DNA of 64,000 bases. Origin: Octopus bimaculoides (lineage: Eukaryota). Below the pieces are notes generated by a model. The model saw nothing but the letters and a program-made list of their open reading frames with translations, was not told where the DNA came from and did not search any database. This document shows positions 38,065 to 51,639 of this stretch, in pieces. The DNA is taken from contig NC_068990.1 of the NCBI RefSeq assembly GCF_001194135.2, positions 93,066,958-93,130,957 of the forward strand. Reading direction: 5' to 3'. The position numbers and the translations under genes were made by a program. The number at the start of each line of letters is the position of its first letter. Position 1 is the first letter of the stretch.

Positions 38065-41000
38065 TTACGTCTCATCTATCTATCTATCTGTTTATAAATA
38101 TATACCATCATCATCATCACCATCATCATTTAATGTCCATTTTCCCTGCTTGCATGGATTGGAGGGTTTATATATAGAGAGTTAAGAAGTTTGCTTCCCA
38201 ACCACATAGTTTCAGGTTCAATCCCACTGCATGGAGCCTGGGGCAAGTGACTTTCTATTATAGCCCCAGGATTTCCGAAGCCTTGTGAGGGAATTTGGTT
38301 GACAGAAGCTTAAAGAAACATATCGGTGTGTATGTGTATGTATATTATTTGCATACATGGGGGTATGCATGTTCATGTGTATATGTGTGTGCGTGTGTGT
38401 GTGAGTGTATGTGTGTATGCATGTGTGTGTGTGCTTGTGAGTGTGTGCGTGTGTGTATGTTTGTATTTGTGTGTGCTTGTGCATGTGCATGCATGTGTGT
38501 GCTTGTGTGTGTGTATGTGTGTGTCATCTTGGATGGGTCGTGTTGTCACTCATATAAATTGATTCTATTTCGTTTCCTTTATTATTATTATTATTAAACC
38601 CTGGGTTCAATGTAATCGACTGATCCCCTCCCCCAAAACTGCTGCCCTTGTGGAAAAGCTTGAAACCATTATTATTATTAGTAATCAACTCCTACTGAGG
38701 TGAGTTTTTGCCTTTCCTCCTATCTGGGCCAATGTTGTAAAGTACCAGTCATCTGCTCAGGTCAATAGAATTGACCCCCCTCCCCACCACTAAAATTACT
38801 GACTTTGTGCCAAAATTAGAAACAATTAGTATTAATCAACTAATCAACCAATTAACTAATTGACTGCTTCACTAATTACTTGAACAATCAATCGCTTGTT
38901 TTTGTTATAATCCTTTCATTGTCATTCATGTCGTCATCAATAATGTACCCTCATTGCTCCAGATTGGCCACAATGCAGACAAACCGGATATGATGCGTTT
39001 TGTGATTTGCATTTACACATTTCAAAATGTGTGTGTGTGTGTGAGTTATTTTGTTTTTTTGCTTGATTTGTGCCCCTGTTTACAATTTTTTTCTTTTTTT
39101 CGTGTGTGTGTGTGTGTGTGAGTTTGACTTCTTCTGCTTCTCCATTCTTGCACAGATCAGAGGACAAATATCCATCAAATGTAAATAAGGTAAATAATGT
39201 ACATAATTCCTCATCTCTTAAATATAGAACTGAAAAAATAAAATGACAGCAGAATGATAATAAAGGGAAATCTAAGAACTGGAAAATTGGTGAACTGTCA
39301 AAATCGTTAGCAGACTGGGCCAAATCGTTAGCAGACTGGGCCAAAGGCTTGGTTGCCATTCACTTGTCTTTTACATTCTAAGTTCAAATTCCGCTAAGGT
39401 TGACGTTGACTTTTCTCCTTTTAGGGTCATTAAAATAAGTACCAGTTGAATACTGGGGTCAATGTAATCAACTTAACTTGTCCCTTCAAACTATTGCCCT
39501 TGTGTTAAAGTTTGAAACCATTGTGGTAATAATTGGAAGGACAAGTATTCAGATATTGAAGTAGGAAACCATACCATCTTGAAAAAATCGATTGCCTGGA
39601 AGTTATCAAACAAACTTGATTCAGCTCATCATTAACAAAACAAAACAAAATAATAATAATAATCATAATGATAGATAAATAAATAAATAATAATAATGAG
39701 AGATAAATAAATAACTATAAATTAAACAATAGAAGTACAAGAGTGGATCGATTTTGGTTGTAAACTTTCCTGTGAACCATATCTGATTGTCTGATGTCAA
39801 ACTTGTATTTCAAGGCAGCTTGAACACGAATCGAGTTTATTGATTTAACTAATGAAAGTGTCACTGAAGATAACGAGGTGTTGCAAAACAATGGACCTAG
39901 CCAAGCCGAAAATTGCCAGAACTACATCAAAGCGAACACAGGGGCCCGAGAAGAGTAAATAGGGATGAACTGCAATCAAGTAAAGTCCCTAGTTTGAATG
40001 ATGCTGTGTAAGAATAAAAAACGAAAGAGTCATTCATGTGGTGTGGTTTTTGCATGTTTCATGTGGTTTATACAATTACTATAATCACATGACCCAGCCT
40101 GATAGACATTTGATCAGTGCTCACTTAGAATGAAGCAAGAGGTTTCTTTGTTTTAACGAGGCTTCTGGGCATGAAACTCTACAGGGAGACTACATTTGGA
40201 GACTTTGAATAAGAACTTTACAAGATGTCGTATAGACATTTTGCTCAACATTTTTCTCATTGGTTTTGCAAATATCAACATTCTTATCTTTTCTACTTTT
40301 GCCATTCTTTTTCTTCTTGTTTTACTTGCTATTGTTCTTGTTGTTGCTATATTCTTCTTTAGCCATTAATTGTTGTTGTTATTGCTGNNNNNNNNNNNNN
40401 NNNNTTTTTTTTTTTATGCTTTGGCAAACAGATGACAGTTTTGAATGTTATAGCTACCTCCCTCCTCCTCCTCCCCCTCTTCTTCTTCTTCTTCTTCTTC
40501 TTCTTCTTGCTCCTCCTCCTCCTCCTCCTCCAACGTCAAACTTGTTGACATTTTTCATAAAAATATTTATCGGTTGACTGCAGACGACAGGGACAAAATA
40601 ACTGTTGTCTGCAGCCATCCAACAAATAACAATATCTCCCCTAATTAGGGGAAAATACTGACAGTTTTTAAACTTACTTCTTCGCAAAAGTGTCTATCAC
40701 AATTATTATGATGAAAAATTCCGGGAGAAATTAATGAAAGATGGTGTAAACTTGCAGACTATCAGTGTTTGTGTTCAGATAATAATCTTTCACTTATTTT
40801 CCACAAGGGCCAATGTATGTAATACAAAATGTTTTAGAAAATGAGTTACTTAATGCCAGGGTTGCAAAATGAGTTACGTAACGGAGGGGAGTGTGCCAAA
40901 AAAAAAAAAAAATAGAATACAGGTTCAAAGTTTACAACCCAAAGCAAATGGTTGCTTAACTAGAAAAAAGTGAAAAATCCAATACTGCTATAGTTGAAGC

Positions 41001-42618
41001 CCCTCTACCACTTTGACTGGCTTCTGTCGTGATAATTCCTGAAAACCTGGAAAACATCTGCAATTATCCTTGAGTACCCCTGGCTTTGGCCTTGGGTTAA
41101 AACTTTCTCAATTATTTCGGTGACCCAGCTGCTGCCATGTGTATGGCCTTTTACCAATAACCCTTTCAGTTTTGGGATCAACCGATTTGCCCCCTCGTTT
41201 CCTTCTCAATCAATGTTTCTCTATCAAACCATTCAGTGGTTTCATCAAGTTACCTTTACCTGTTCAGGTAACTATATTTTCAGAATTTCTTTTTATGGAA
41301 CTTTCTATGTCTAACATCGGTCTGTGATTATTCATTTCTTTCTTTATGGGAGTTCTTTGAGGGTTCTTTTCCTTTTACTGTCCCTTATTTCCCATCTTTC
41401 TCCTGGTTCTGTCTTTTCCTCGTTGTCTCTAGATGGGACAGAATTGTGGCGGTGGAGGCGGTGGTGGTAGTAAGAATAATTGGAATAAAATGCGATTACA
41501 CCATACATACTCTGTCACATTAACACCCAATAAAATAATACAAGAGATACTCATCAATAAGTGACACCTGAGACTGGAACACACACACACACGTACACAC
41601 ACACACACACACTCATATGCACACACACACTCATATGCACACCCACACACACACACAGCTTGGCATTCTATGCAATTACTACTCAATAACAGAACTCAAG
41701 CCACACAGTGCAAACTTCACCACCCAACACTAACACTGAACTCAATCTATGTTGTATGCACAGACATACCACCTGCACCAGCACCAGCACCACAACAACC
41801 ACCACAACCACCACTACCACCACAACTACCACCACCACCACTACCACCAGCAGCAGCACCATCACCACCACCACCACCACCACCACCACCACCACCACCA
41901 CCACCACCACCACCACCAGTTTAACTAGACCCCCAAATGTGCCATCACTCAATATGTACTCCCATCTCAAACGTGCCATCATTCTAAATGTGCCATCGTT
42001 CCCAATGTGCCATCTTGGTGTATTCCATCAGAGTCTGTGTGATTTCATTTTGCCAAGCTCCTCAAACTGTGCCATCAGTGAAATGCCCAGACTTTTACCC
42101 CCTTGTCAGCCATCCTAATTTATCTGTCCCCACAAAGTTTTATTTAGAGATGTCATGTTTTCGTCCGATGAGGTCACCATAGCAATTCTGTTTATAATCA
42201 CAGGTTTGGAGGTCACCTACTTTTTGACAGCTTTGTACCAATTCAGAGTTCACTCCTGTTTGATAGTTCATAAGGACACACAGCTGCTGTTCTGCTATAT
42301 CTCTCTTCACCACGCACACACACACGCACACACACATACACACACATACGTACATACACACATTTATACATACATAATACATGCATGCATACATTCATAC
42401 ATACATACATACATGCACGCATACATGTGTGTATGTATACATGTACACACACACACGTATGTATATATATGTAAGCTCATTTCAGAATAACAGAACATCG
42501 GAACATTTGCTGATGGCAGGACTTAAGCTTGTAAAGATCAAGTGGACTGGGGCTTCCTGTTTTGCCTGTCAGCTTGTCCAACCATACACACATGCACGTG
42601 CACGCACACACACACACA

Positions 42619-42664
<46 letters not shown>

Positions 42665-43284
42665 CGATCCTCAAGAGACCTGCCTGAGCAGCACAACCTC
42701 GGCTGCCTAAAGACGGTTCTCTCTCAATTCAAATATCTGAAGCCTTCACAAACTTCCAGTTTAATGCCATTTTGTGAGTAGGAAGTCCCCAACGTTACAG
42801 TCCTGTTAACAGAGGACTTTAAGGGTTTAGTGTGTGTGTGTGTGTGTGTGGTGGGGAGCAATTGCATTTCAGTTTCCCCATGAATTTGGCAATGGTAAAG
42901 AGTCTCAGACAATTGGATGATAGCAAACAGTTGCAGTCGTCATCTGCCATCTAACTGTTGAAACTATGGCATTCATTTCTGCCTCTTCCGCCAGACTTCC
43001 TCATCACCCTGCTTTGAATGGTAACAGTGGTTATTTGCACTTAGTCAGGGTCCCACTTTTGTCTCCTTAAAGAAGTATTTACTTAACATCACATTCACAG
43101 GATTGACTGTACTATTCTCATAGACAAGGTACAATATAGTACAGTTGTGGCTTCACTGGAGTTTCTCCACCCTGATATCTATAAACACAACTACACTGAG
43201 GTTACCTCAACCTGGTGACAAAAGCCACAGCTACCCATGCATCTAACAATAGAGTAATACTATGGTTGCCGTACCCCCTCCTGT

Positions 43285-43560
43285 GGAGGTGCATGGTTTA
43301 GGGGTGACGGCCTGCACCCATGGTCCTAAGATTACGGGTTTGATTTCTAGATAGGGCAATGTGTTGTGTTCTTGACCAAAACACTTCATTCTACATTGCT
43401 TTAGTTCACTCAGTGGCATGAAGAAGTTGTTGTAACTGGCCTGGCAAGCTGACCATGGATAGTGGACCTGCAAACAAAACAAACAGGGGTCCTCAGTATG
43501 GATTGGAGATTCTGCAGTGATGGGCCATAGGCCTACCTGGTTTGGCGTTTTACCTTTTAT
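43285..43560 (+). mobile_element. tRNA-derived SINE (family E)
   Basis: Head with A/B-box-like motifs followed by GTGTTCTTGA.CAAAACACTTCATT. Minus-strand copies near 19420-19620, 36300-36525 and 48425-48600. Confidence 0.6.
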
Positions 43561-43605
43561 TCCACACCCACAGAAAAAGTATCCCACTCGGGCAGCAAAT
43601 TAGAC

Positions 43606-43850
43606 ATAACAATATTTATTCCTTTATTACCCACAGGGGGGGGGGGGATAAAAATAGAGGGGACAAACAAGGACAGACAAAGGGATTAAGTCGATTACAT
43701 CGACTCCAGTGCGTAACTGGTACTTATTTAATCAACCCCGAAAGGATGAAAGGCAAAGTCGACCTTGGTGGAATTTGAACTCAGAATGTAAAGACAGACA
43801 AAATACCACTAAGCATTTTGCCTGGCGTGCTAACGATTCTGCCAGCTGAC
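43606..43850 (-). mobile_element. tRNA-derived SINE (family D)
   Basis: Minus strand CTGGCAGAATCGTTAGCACGCC...TTCTGAGTTCAAATTCC...GTCGACTTTGCCTTTCATCC. Other copies near 10365, 36665, 39290, 60705 and 63600. Confidence 0.75.
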
Positions 43851-45875
43851 TGCTGGTAGAATTGGGGTTACCCCACATAGTTAGTAATAGACAAAATTAT
43901 ACTATAGTTACTCAACCTTTGTAATAGAAGTCACAGCAATGTGAAGATACCACACATCATCGTCATCATCATTGTTTAATGTCCGCTTTCCATGCTGGCA
44001 TGGGTTGGATGGTTTGACAGACGCTGGCCAGGTAGGAGCCCGCACTAGATTTCTGTGTTTGTTTTGGCATGACTTTTACAGCTGGATGCCCTTCCTAACA
44101 CCAACCATCCAGCAGGGTGGATGGAATGCTTTTCACATGGCACAAGCACAGGCAAGGTCAGTTTTGGCAAGGTTTTTATAGCTGGATGCCCTTCCAAATG
44201 CTAACCACTTTACAGTGTGGACTGGATGTGTTTTGTGTGGCACCAACTCTGTCAGGGTCACCAAGTACTTCCAAGACAAAGACCCTAGACTTAGCTAAAC
44301 TATGTTTATCCCACCCTGATAACAATAGACAACAGTGCTGGGTCTCTCCCACACAGTTAAAAAAGATACAGCAATACTGAGGCTGCTTCTCATTGCTAAA
44401 GATAGACATTGACAAAGCTATGCCATCATGCTAAGCAAGAGATCAACATAACCGTTTGATGTTAATTATTCCAAATATTATTTTGTTTGATTAATTAATT
44501 TTTGCATCCAAAATTCTGATAATTCTGTCATATTCCTTTTGGTGTGTCTGTGTGCGATCTTTAGTGAAGATCCGCTTCTAATAATTCTATTTAATTTGTT
44601 CTTTAACGATAAAAACAGTTGGACCATCATTGCTGGCAACATTTCACTATTTGGGACATTCTCAAAGAGACAGAAGGTTATCTCAGAGATTCTAGTAACC
44701 ACCTGCTGGTGTGGTAAGGGTAGAGGTACTGGGGGTGGCGGTGGTACTGATAATAGTGGGTGGCATTGGTGATGGTGATGGTAAGGGTATTGGTGGCAGG
44801 GGTGGTGGTGAGGATAATAGCAGTGGGAAAATGGTGTTGATGGCAGTATTAATGGTGGTGGCAATTATAGCTGTAGAGGTGGGAGATAGGTGATGACGGG
44901 GTGGAGTGGGGGTGGTGGCAGTAGTGTGCTAACAGCAGCAGCAGCAGTAGTTAATGTATAGAGCCATTGAGTAGTGACCTAGAAACACAGCTTTGACCTG
45001 TTTGTTCCCATCAATTCTACTTCATCAGTGCCAGACTCTCTCTCTCCCTCTCTCTTTCTCTAATTAATTTACATCATCATCATCATCATCATCATCACCA
45101 CCAACAACAGCAACAATAATGCCAGCCTTGGCACCAGACCAACCCACATAACGAGGTGGGTGGATGGAGCACCTGACTAGATTCTTCATGTTCTTTAGCT
45201 TCTTATTATTTTCGCAGATCAATGGCTGCTAAGGCAGTAATAACTGTTGCTTAACCCCAGGTCACTGGTCACCCAGCAGACTTATGCTAAAAGCCACTCT
45301 AGACGTGACCACCCTGTCTTCTTCTATATTTAGGACAATATTGTTGAGCATGCTTTTCTATTATTTTTTTTCAATGGTAGGGTTTGAATTGAGGGAGATT
45401 TAGCTGCTACTTCTAGCTGGTTATGTAGGAACTCTCTCTTTAAACTTATTTTTCCTGTTGTGGTGTTGGTGAGGTCGTGTGTGTAGTCAGTCATCTGCTA
45501 GAAATAACTGCCGACATTTCCTTGAAGACAAAGGTCAAATGACAGACACCCAAACACACCAACAATGTTTCATAACACAAGCTGAGGTAATATGTACACA
45601 GTCAATCATCTGCCCTAAAACAAAAATGTGAACACGCACACACAAACACACACACACACACATATATATAATACAAATATTATGTGAGTATATGCATATA
45701 TACTACGTACATGTATGTACATACCTACATCTACATGTATATATAGATGCATATCTGTGTACAGGACGTCACAAAAAAAAAAACGTGGACAAAATGAAAA
45801 ACGAGAACATAAACAAAGCACAGAAAACAAACTTTTTTTCGGACAATGGTAGGAACACACAGGAAGGGCTTTTTT

Positions 45876-46230
45876 CAGTTTCCATCTACCAAATCCATTC
45901 ACAAGGTTTTGGTCGGCCCAAGGCTATAGCAGAAGACACTTGCCCAAGGTGCGACACAGTGGGACTGAACCTGGAATCATGTGGTTGGGAAGCAAGCTAC
46001 TTAACACACAACCATATATATATATGTATATGTTTGTCCCCTCCCCCCATCATTGACAACCAATGTTGGTGTGTTTACATCCCCATAACTCAGTGGTTCA
46101 GCAAAAAATACCGATAGAGTAAGTACTAGGCTTACAAAGAATAGATCCTGGGGTTAATTTCTTCAACTAAAGGCAGTGCTCCAGCATGGTCGCAGTCAAA
46201 TGACTGAAACAAATAAAAGAATAAAAGAAT
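45876..46230. mobile_element. Family B modules in opposite orientations (B1 minus, B2 plus)
   Basis: 45876-46015 is reverse-complement B1 and 46030-46230 is forward B2, joined by a (TA)-rich tract. Confidence 0.7.
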
Positions 46231-46741
46231 AACGTGTTTGGCAATGCAGAATGGTAACAAGAGTCTGGTTGTTGGTGCATTATTCGTTTCTCGTTTGATA
46301 TTTTATTCTGATCTCAGCTGTAAACTATGTCATCTCATTGTTGTTGTACAGCAATTTTAATGAGTCAATTAGTTGGAATGAAAAGTTGCTTTGTTTCTCA
46401 AGTTTTACAATAATTATAAAATTTATCATAAAAATTCAACGGCAGAGATATAAAAATTATGAAACCTTGACAAAAATGCAACAAAAATACAGCTGATTCA
46501 TGACTTATGATTAATCACTACCATCTAAATAGTCGTGATTAAACATATTTCAGTCTGGTAAATAATGCTGCAGACATGGAATGGCAATTTTACCACTAAA
46601 CAAAGAATCCTTCACAAATTTTCAGTATTTTCATTTTCATGTATTTTTCGATTTCAAAATATTCCCTTATATTTCATAATTTACAGTTCTATATTTAAGA
46701 GATGAAGAATTATGTACATTAGTTACATTCGATGGACATAT

Positions 46742-46967
46742 GATGTAGTGGTTAAGAGCGTGGGCTACTAACCCCAAGATTCCGAGTTCGATTCCAGGCA
46801 GTGACCTGAATAATAATAATAATAATAATATTAATAATAACATTGAAAAATACCTTAGGAATGAGAATCCAGGTTCGAAATTTCCCCAAGACACCAGATG
46901 AAGGCTAGAGGGTATATCAGCTGAAATGTTCCGTCAAATGTAAATAATGTAAATAATGTACATAATT
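46742..46967 (+). mobile_element. Family A SINE-like element
   Basis: Head GTAGTGGTTAAGAGCGTGGGCTACTAACCCCAAGATTCCGAGTTCGATTCC, then (TAA)n, then the shared tail with a decayed hammerhead motif at 46890-46930. Confidence 0.8.
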
Positions 46968-47226
46968 TGTTATTTTTATGTGATTTTGTAACTTTGAATT
47001 CTGTAAATCTTAGGTTTGTTATATTGAGAAATGTAAGTTATCATGAAACTTAAAGGTGTAAAGCGGTTTTAGTTTGGTCAGAGGAAATCATGTGACCTAA
47101 AGGGATTTAGAAAGTCACATGTGAATAACTTTTTTTATCTGAAATCTCTTTAAAACATTTAATCCTTGAAAACATATTCTCCACAGATGATTGGTAACAC
47201 TTGGTAACACTTCCACCTCCCCTCAG

Positions 47227-47281
<55 letters not shown>

Positions 47282-47525
47282 TATTTTTTACTTGCTTCAG
47301 TCATTAGAGTGTGGCCATGCTGGGGTACTGCCCTAAATACTTAGTTGAACAAATCACCCCCAGTACTTTAAGCCTGGTACTTATTCTATTGGTCTCTTTT
47401 GCCAAACTGCTAAGTTACGAGGATGCAAACTCATCAACACCAGTTGTAAAGCAGTGGCAGGGGCAAACAAAGACACACACACATAGATATATATATATAC
47501 ATACACATATATATATATTTATATG

Positions 47526-47556
<31 letters not shown>

Positions 47557-49097
47557 ATATATATATGTATGTATATATATATAAAGCTGTACCTTTTTAA
47601 TTACAGGTAGACTCCACCTGACAAGTTTCTTCTCTTCTGTTTCCTTACTCTCCTCTACCATTTGGTTTTTCCCTTTCCCAAGCTCTTCTCTATTAATATT
47701 CCACTCCCACTCCTCCTCTTTATCTCCTCCCCCTCTACTGATTCCCAGCTGCTTGTTCTTCTTCCTCTTGTTTCTCTTTACTCTCTCTCTACCGATTATT
47801 CTTTTTCTCCTTACTTCCATGCTCTTCCTCCGCTGATTCTCTGCTGCCATTCTACTGATTCTCTGCTGTTTCACTACAAGCTTCTTTATCTGCTCAAGTC
47901 ATTGCACTGTTAAATAATCTTCTTTACAACCATTAAAAGATAATATCAATACGAGTGAAGTAGCAGAATTAAACAGACACAAAATGAAAACAAACTGTGG
48001 CTTAACTTCTTATATTTTGTTGATTCCATAAAATGACTAGTTTTTAACTGAGAAACGCTTTGCTATTCTAAATTTCTTTTTGAGTCATTTTGTGGTTAAC
48101 ATTGATGCATACAATCAGAAACTTAACAAAATTTATGCCAACTTTGAATTGCAACTGTCAAAAACCTCTTATCTTACAAATATTTAGAGTTTTGAACAAA
48201 ATTTTTTCTACATTAAATTTTGGAATTAGATTTGCTACAACATGTGTGGATCCATATTTTCATATCATCCTGGCTCTTTCAAGATCATAAATATAAGATG
48301 TGGTGACTGGATCAGTTATTTTGCATTTAGTGGAAATTTATTTCCAGTTAAGAGTAATCTGGTTTCCGTTCTTGGTTGCTGCGACTTCAAATCATTTACG
48401 CTGTTAATCCCTCCATCAAATTGATATTACCTGTACAGGTGCACAAGTGTACCACACGTCAGATGTCGAAAATGATTGTAGAACAACGTAAAATGAAGTG
48501 TTTTACTCAAGAACACAATGTGCTGCTGGGTATGGGAATTGAATCCATGACATAGCGATCATGAGTGCAATACCCAAACCACTTGGCCACGCACCTTCCC
48601 ACTCTCAGAATCATTTTCCTTTCTTTCTTTTTTTCTACATGATTTTATTTGATTTTGTCAATGAACCATCTGCTGTATTTATTTCCACGGCCTATCAATG
48701 TCCACAGTGATAAGTCATTAAAATAGGTGTCAGGAAGACACACGACAAGAAATGGAAACAAAATTGAAAGAAGAAAGAGAAAAAATAATAATTCTTTCTT
48801 TATTGACCTCAAGGTCTGTGCACAAAAACAAAAGACGACACAACACAAAGGACTGTGGCCATTGACACTTAGTGCATGTATATATATACATACAGCATGT
48901 GTGATTGTTAAATGTAGCATGGGTCTGATTGTGTATAATGCATGTCTGTTGTATGTAGTTTATGAATGTTGTATTGTATATAGTGTATGTATATATTATT
49001 TGTGTTTATTAAATATAATATGTATATGCTGTGCGTATATGTGTGTGTGTATATGTATATATATTGGAGCAATGGTGCTAAGCAGTGTTTACATCTA

Positions 49098-49291
49098 ATC
49101 ACAATTTAGGTTAGTTGAATTATGTGTCACACGTTTCAGCTGCTAAAGGCAAACACTGCAGTTACCGTGGAGAAAAAAATATCTCTTTTTACCATAAGAG
49201 AGACGTTTTTTTCTCTACGGTAACGGCAGTGTATTTGCCTGAAGCAGCTGAAATATGTGACAAACATATTTCAACTAACCTAAATTGTGAT
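49098..49291. repeat. 194-bp near-palindromic element (fold-back or MITE-like)
   Basis: Arms of about 95 bp (ATCACAATTTAGGTTAGTTGAA...TTTCAGCTGCT...GTTACCGT.GAGAAAAAA) are reverse complements with scattered mismatches and indels around a spacer of a few nt. Confidence 0.85.
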
Positions 49292-49304
49292 ATATATATA
49301 TACA

Positions 49305-49339
<35 letters not shown>

Positions 49340-49724
49340 CGTGCGGGTGACACGTAAAAGCACCCACTACACTCTGAGTGGTTGGCGTTAGGAAGGGCAT
49401 CCAGCTGTAGAAACTCTGCCAAATCAGACTGGAGCCTGGTGTTGCCATCCGGTTTCACCAGTCCTCAGTCAAATCGTCCAACCCATGCTAGCATGGAAAG
49501 CGGACGTTAAACGATGATGATGATATATATATATCAGTCGCCATGATTGACCTCTAGCTCCTAAAGTTCTTTTATTCCCTCTCTGTTTATTTCCTCGTGC
49601 TCCTTTCTGTCAAAGAGCGTAGGCTCAAAATGCAAAAGACTTTCTCACCTTCCTGAGCGTTAAACTAATACACCTGCTTGTTGTTCATACACCTGTCTTC
49701 ATCTTTTGTTTTCCTGTAAATTTC

Positions 49725-49797
<73 letters not shown>

Positions 49798-49882
49798 TAT
49801 GTATATATATACAACAGTAATATGGTGGTGTAATATATTTCAATTCCTTTTCATTTTATATAATGTAGGGAGGTTAAGGTTT

Positions 49883-49915
<33 letters not shown>

Positions 49916-50044
49916 GTTGTCTATAGTTTGAGTATCTTACTGTATACAGTAATTGTGTGCGTTTGTACAGTGTACACAAGATGTATATAGTAAGTGCATA
50001 GTATATAGCACATATATACGAAGACTTATTGGGGCAAGCAAAAG

Positions 50045-50360
50045 CGAAACCGTTAAAGGCACCTGTGCCCCGCATCACCTTCCTGGCACTTGTGCCAGAT
50101 CGTGCAGGTGGCATGTAAAATACACCATTTTGAGCGTGGCCATTGCCAGTACCGCCTGACTGGCCTTTGTGCCGGTGGCACGTAAAAAGCACCCACTACA
50201 CTCTTGGAGTGGTTGGTGTTAGGAAGGGCATCCAGCTGTAGAAACTCTGCCAGATCAGATTGGAGCTTGGTGCAGCCATCTGGTTTCACCAGTCCTCAGT
50301 CAAATCGTCCAACCCATGCTAGCATGGAAAGCGGACGTTAAACGATGATGATGATGATGA
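50045..50360 (-). mobile_element. High-copy (CAT)n-anchored repeat (family C), long copy
   Basis: Minus strand (CAT)n-CGTTTAACGTCCGCTTTCCATGCTAGCATGGGTTGGACG...GGATGCCCTTCCTAAC. More than 15 copies, e.g. 14308, 22905, 25290, 43960 and 49345. Confidence 0.75.
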
Positions 50361-50398
<38 letters not shown>

Positions 50399-50740
50399 AG
50401 CATTTGTACTTCCGCTGCTACTGTAGCAACCACAATAATCACCATAACACCAACAATCGTTACAACACCAGCAACAGCAGCTAGAACAATAAACCCTAAC
50501 CACCACCACCACCACCACGACAACAAAAACCATGACAACCACCGCCACCGCCACCACCTGAACAACCACCCCAGCTACCTCCCACACAACACCAAATATC
50601 ACAACGTAGCTGATTATTTGATTATTTCCCAAACACATTTCTCCCTCTGTCCTCAACAAGAGAACATTTCAAGATTACTAATTAGATATTAGCATATTAT
50701 ATTTATCTATGTGTCACTGGCAGATAATATTACATCCATC

Positions 50741-50785
<45 letters not shown>

Positions 50786-50867
50786 ACATGCACGCACACA
50801 CACACACACACGCACACGCACGCACATGCATGCACACACACATACATACCTACAGATTTATGAATGT

Positions 50868-50903
<36 letters not shown>

Positions 50904-51222
50904 GTGTATGCGTGTGTATTTCCCCCTCTCTTGACACGTGTACAACGAATGTAAACAAAACATTACCTTTTGCAGGAAGGGCACCATTTGTTTGGAATCA
51001 TCTGTGAAAGAATGTCCAATGCTTGTTGTTAGACAAGGGAAGGTATTACCTTATTTGGAAATGGGGGTGGGGTGGATAAGAAGATGCTCCAGACTAAGAA
51101 AAGTCTGCTTCAAAACACAGAAAATTGATGATCACACATAATCATACATACATACATACATATATGTGCACCAGCATGACCGCAGCCACTTGGCTGAAAC
51201 ACATAAATAAATAAATAAATAA

Positions 51223-51272
<50 letters not shown>

Positions 51273-51282
51273 CATATATGTC

Positions 51283-51327
<45 letters not shown>

Positions 51328-51347
51328 GTACACACACACACGTATAT

Positions 51348-51634
51348 ATATTGTGTCATCTCATAGATAATGCAGTGTTTTCAATTGCATGAACTAAAAG
51401 TCGGAAGGGGGTGGGATAAACTACCTGCATCAACTTGCTATGAAAGCAGGTAGTAATTTTACCTTGTGCTTATTCTTAGTGCAAGTTTTGAAGAGTGCAG
51501 TTCGATTTGAACAGTTATTTTTTCAAAGCTATAATGGAAGTGACAAAGGAGCTTATTCAGCATATTTTGCTTTATGAGTTCAATAAAGGCAACAATGCAA
51601 TGGAAAGTGTGAGGAATATTAATGCAGTATATGG
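51348..51634 (+). mobile_element. Truncated mariner transposon 5' end
   Basis: MEVTKELIQHILLYEFNKGNNAMESVRNINAVYG is a mariner transposase N-terminal HTH (LYEF.KG..A.E..RNIN.VYG). It stops abruptly at the RTE fragment. Confidence 0.75.
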
Positions 51635-51639
51635 GGGTT

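Noticed and set aside
39301-39342. Exact 21-bp tandem duplication
   Set aside because: It is local slippage inside a SINE head and not a spacer array. There is no CRISPR-like structure anywhere in the window.
46742-46800. Possible functional tRNA gene
   Set aside because: There is no acceptor-stem complementarity, and it is the head of a dispersed repeat.
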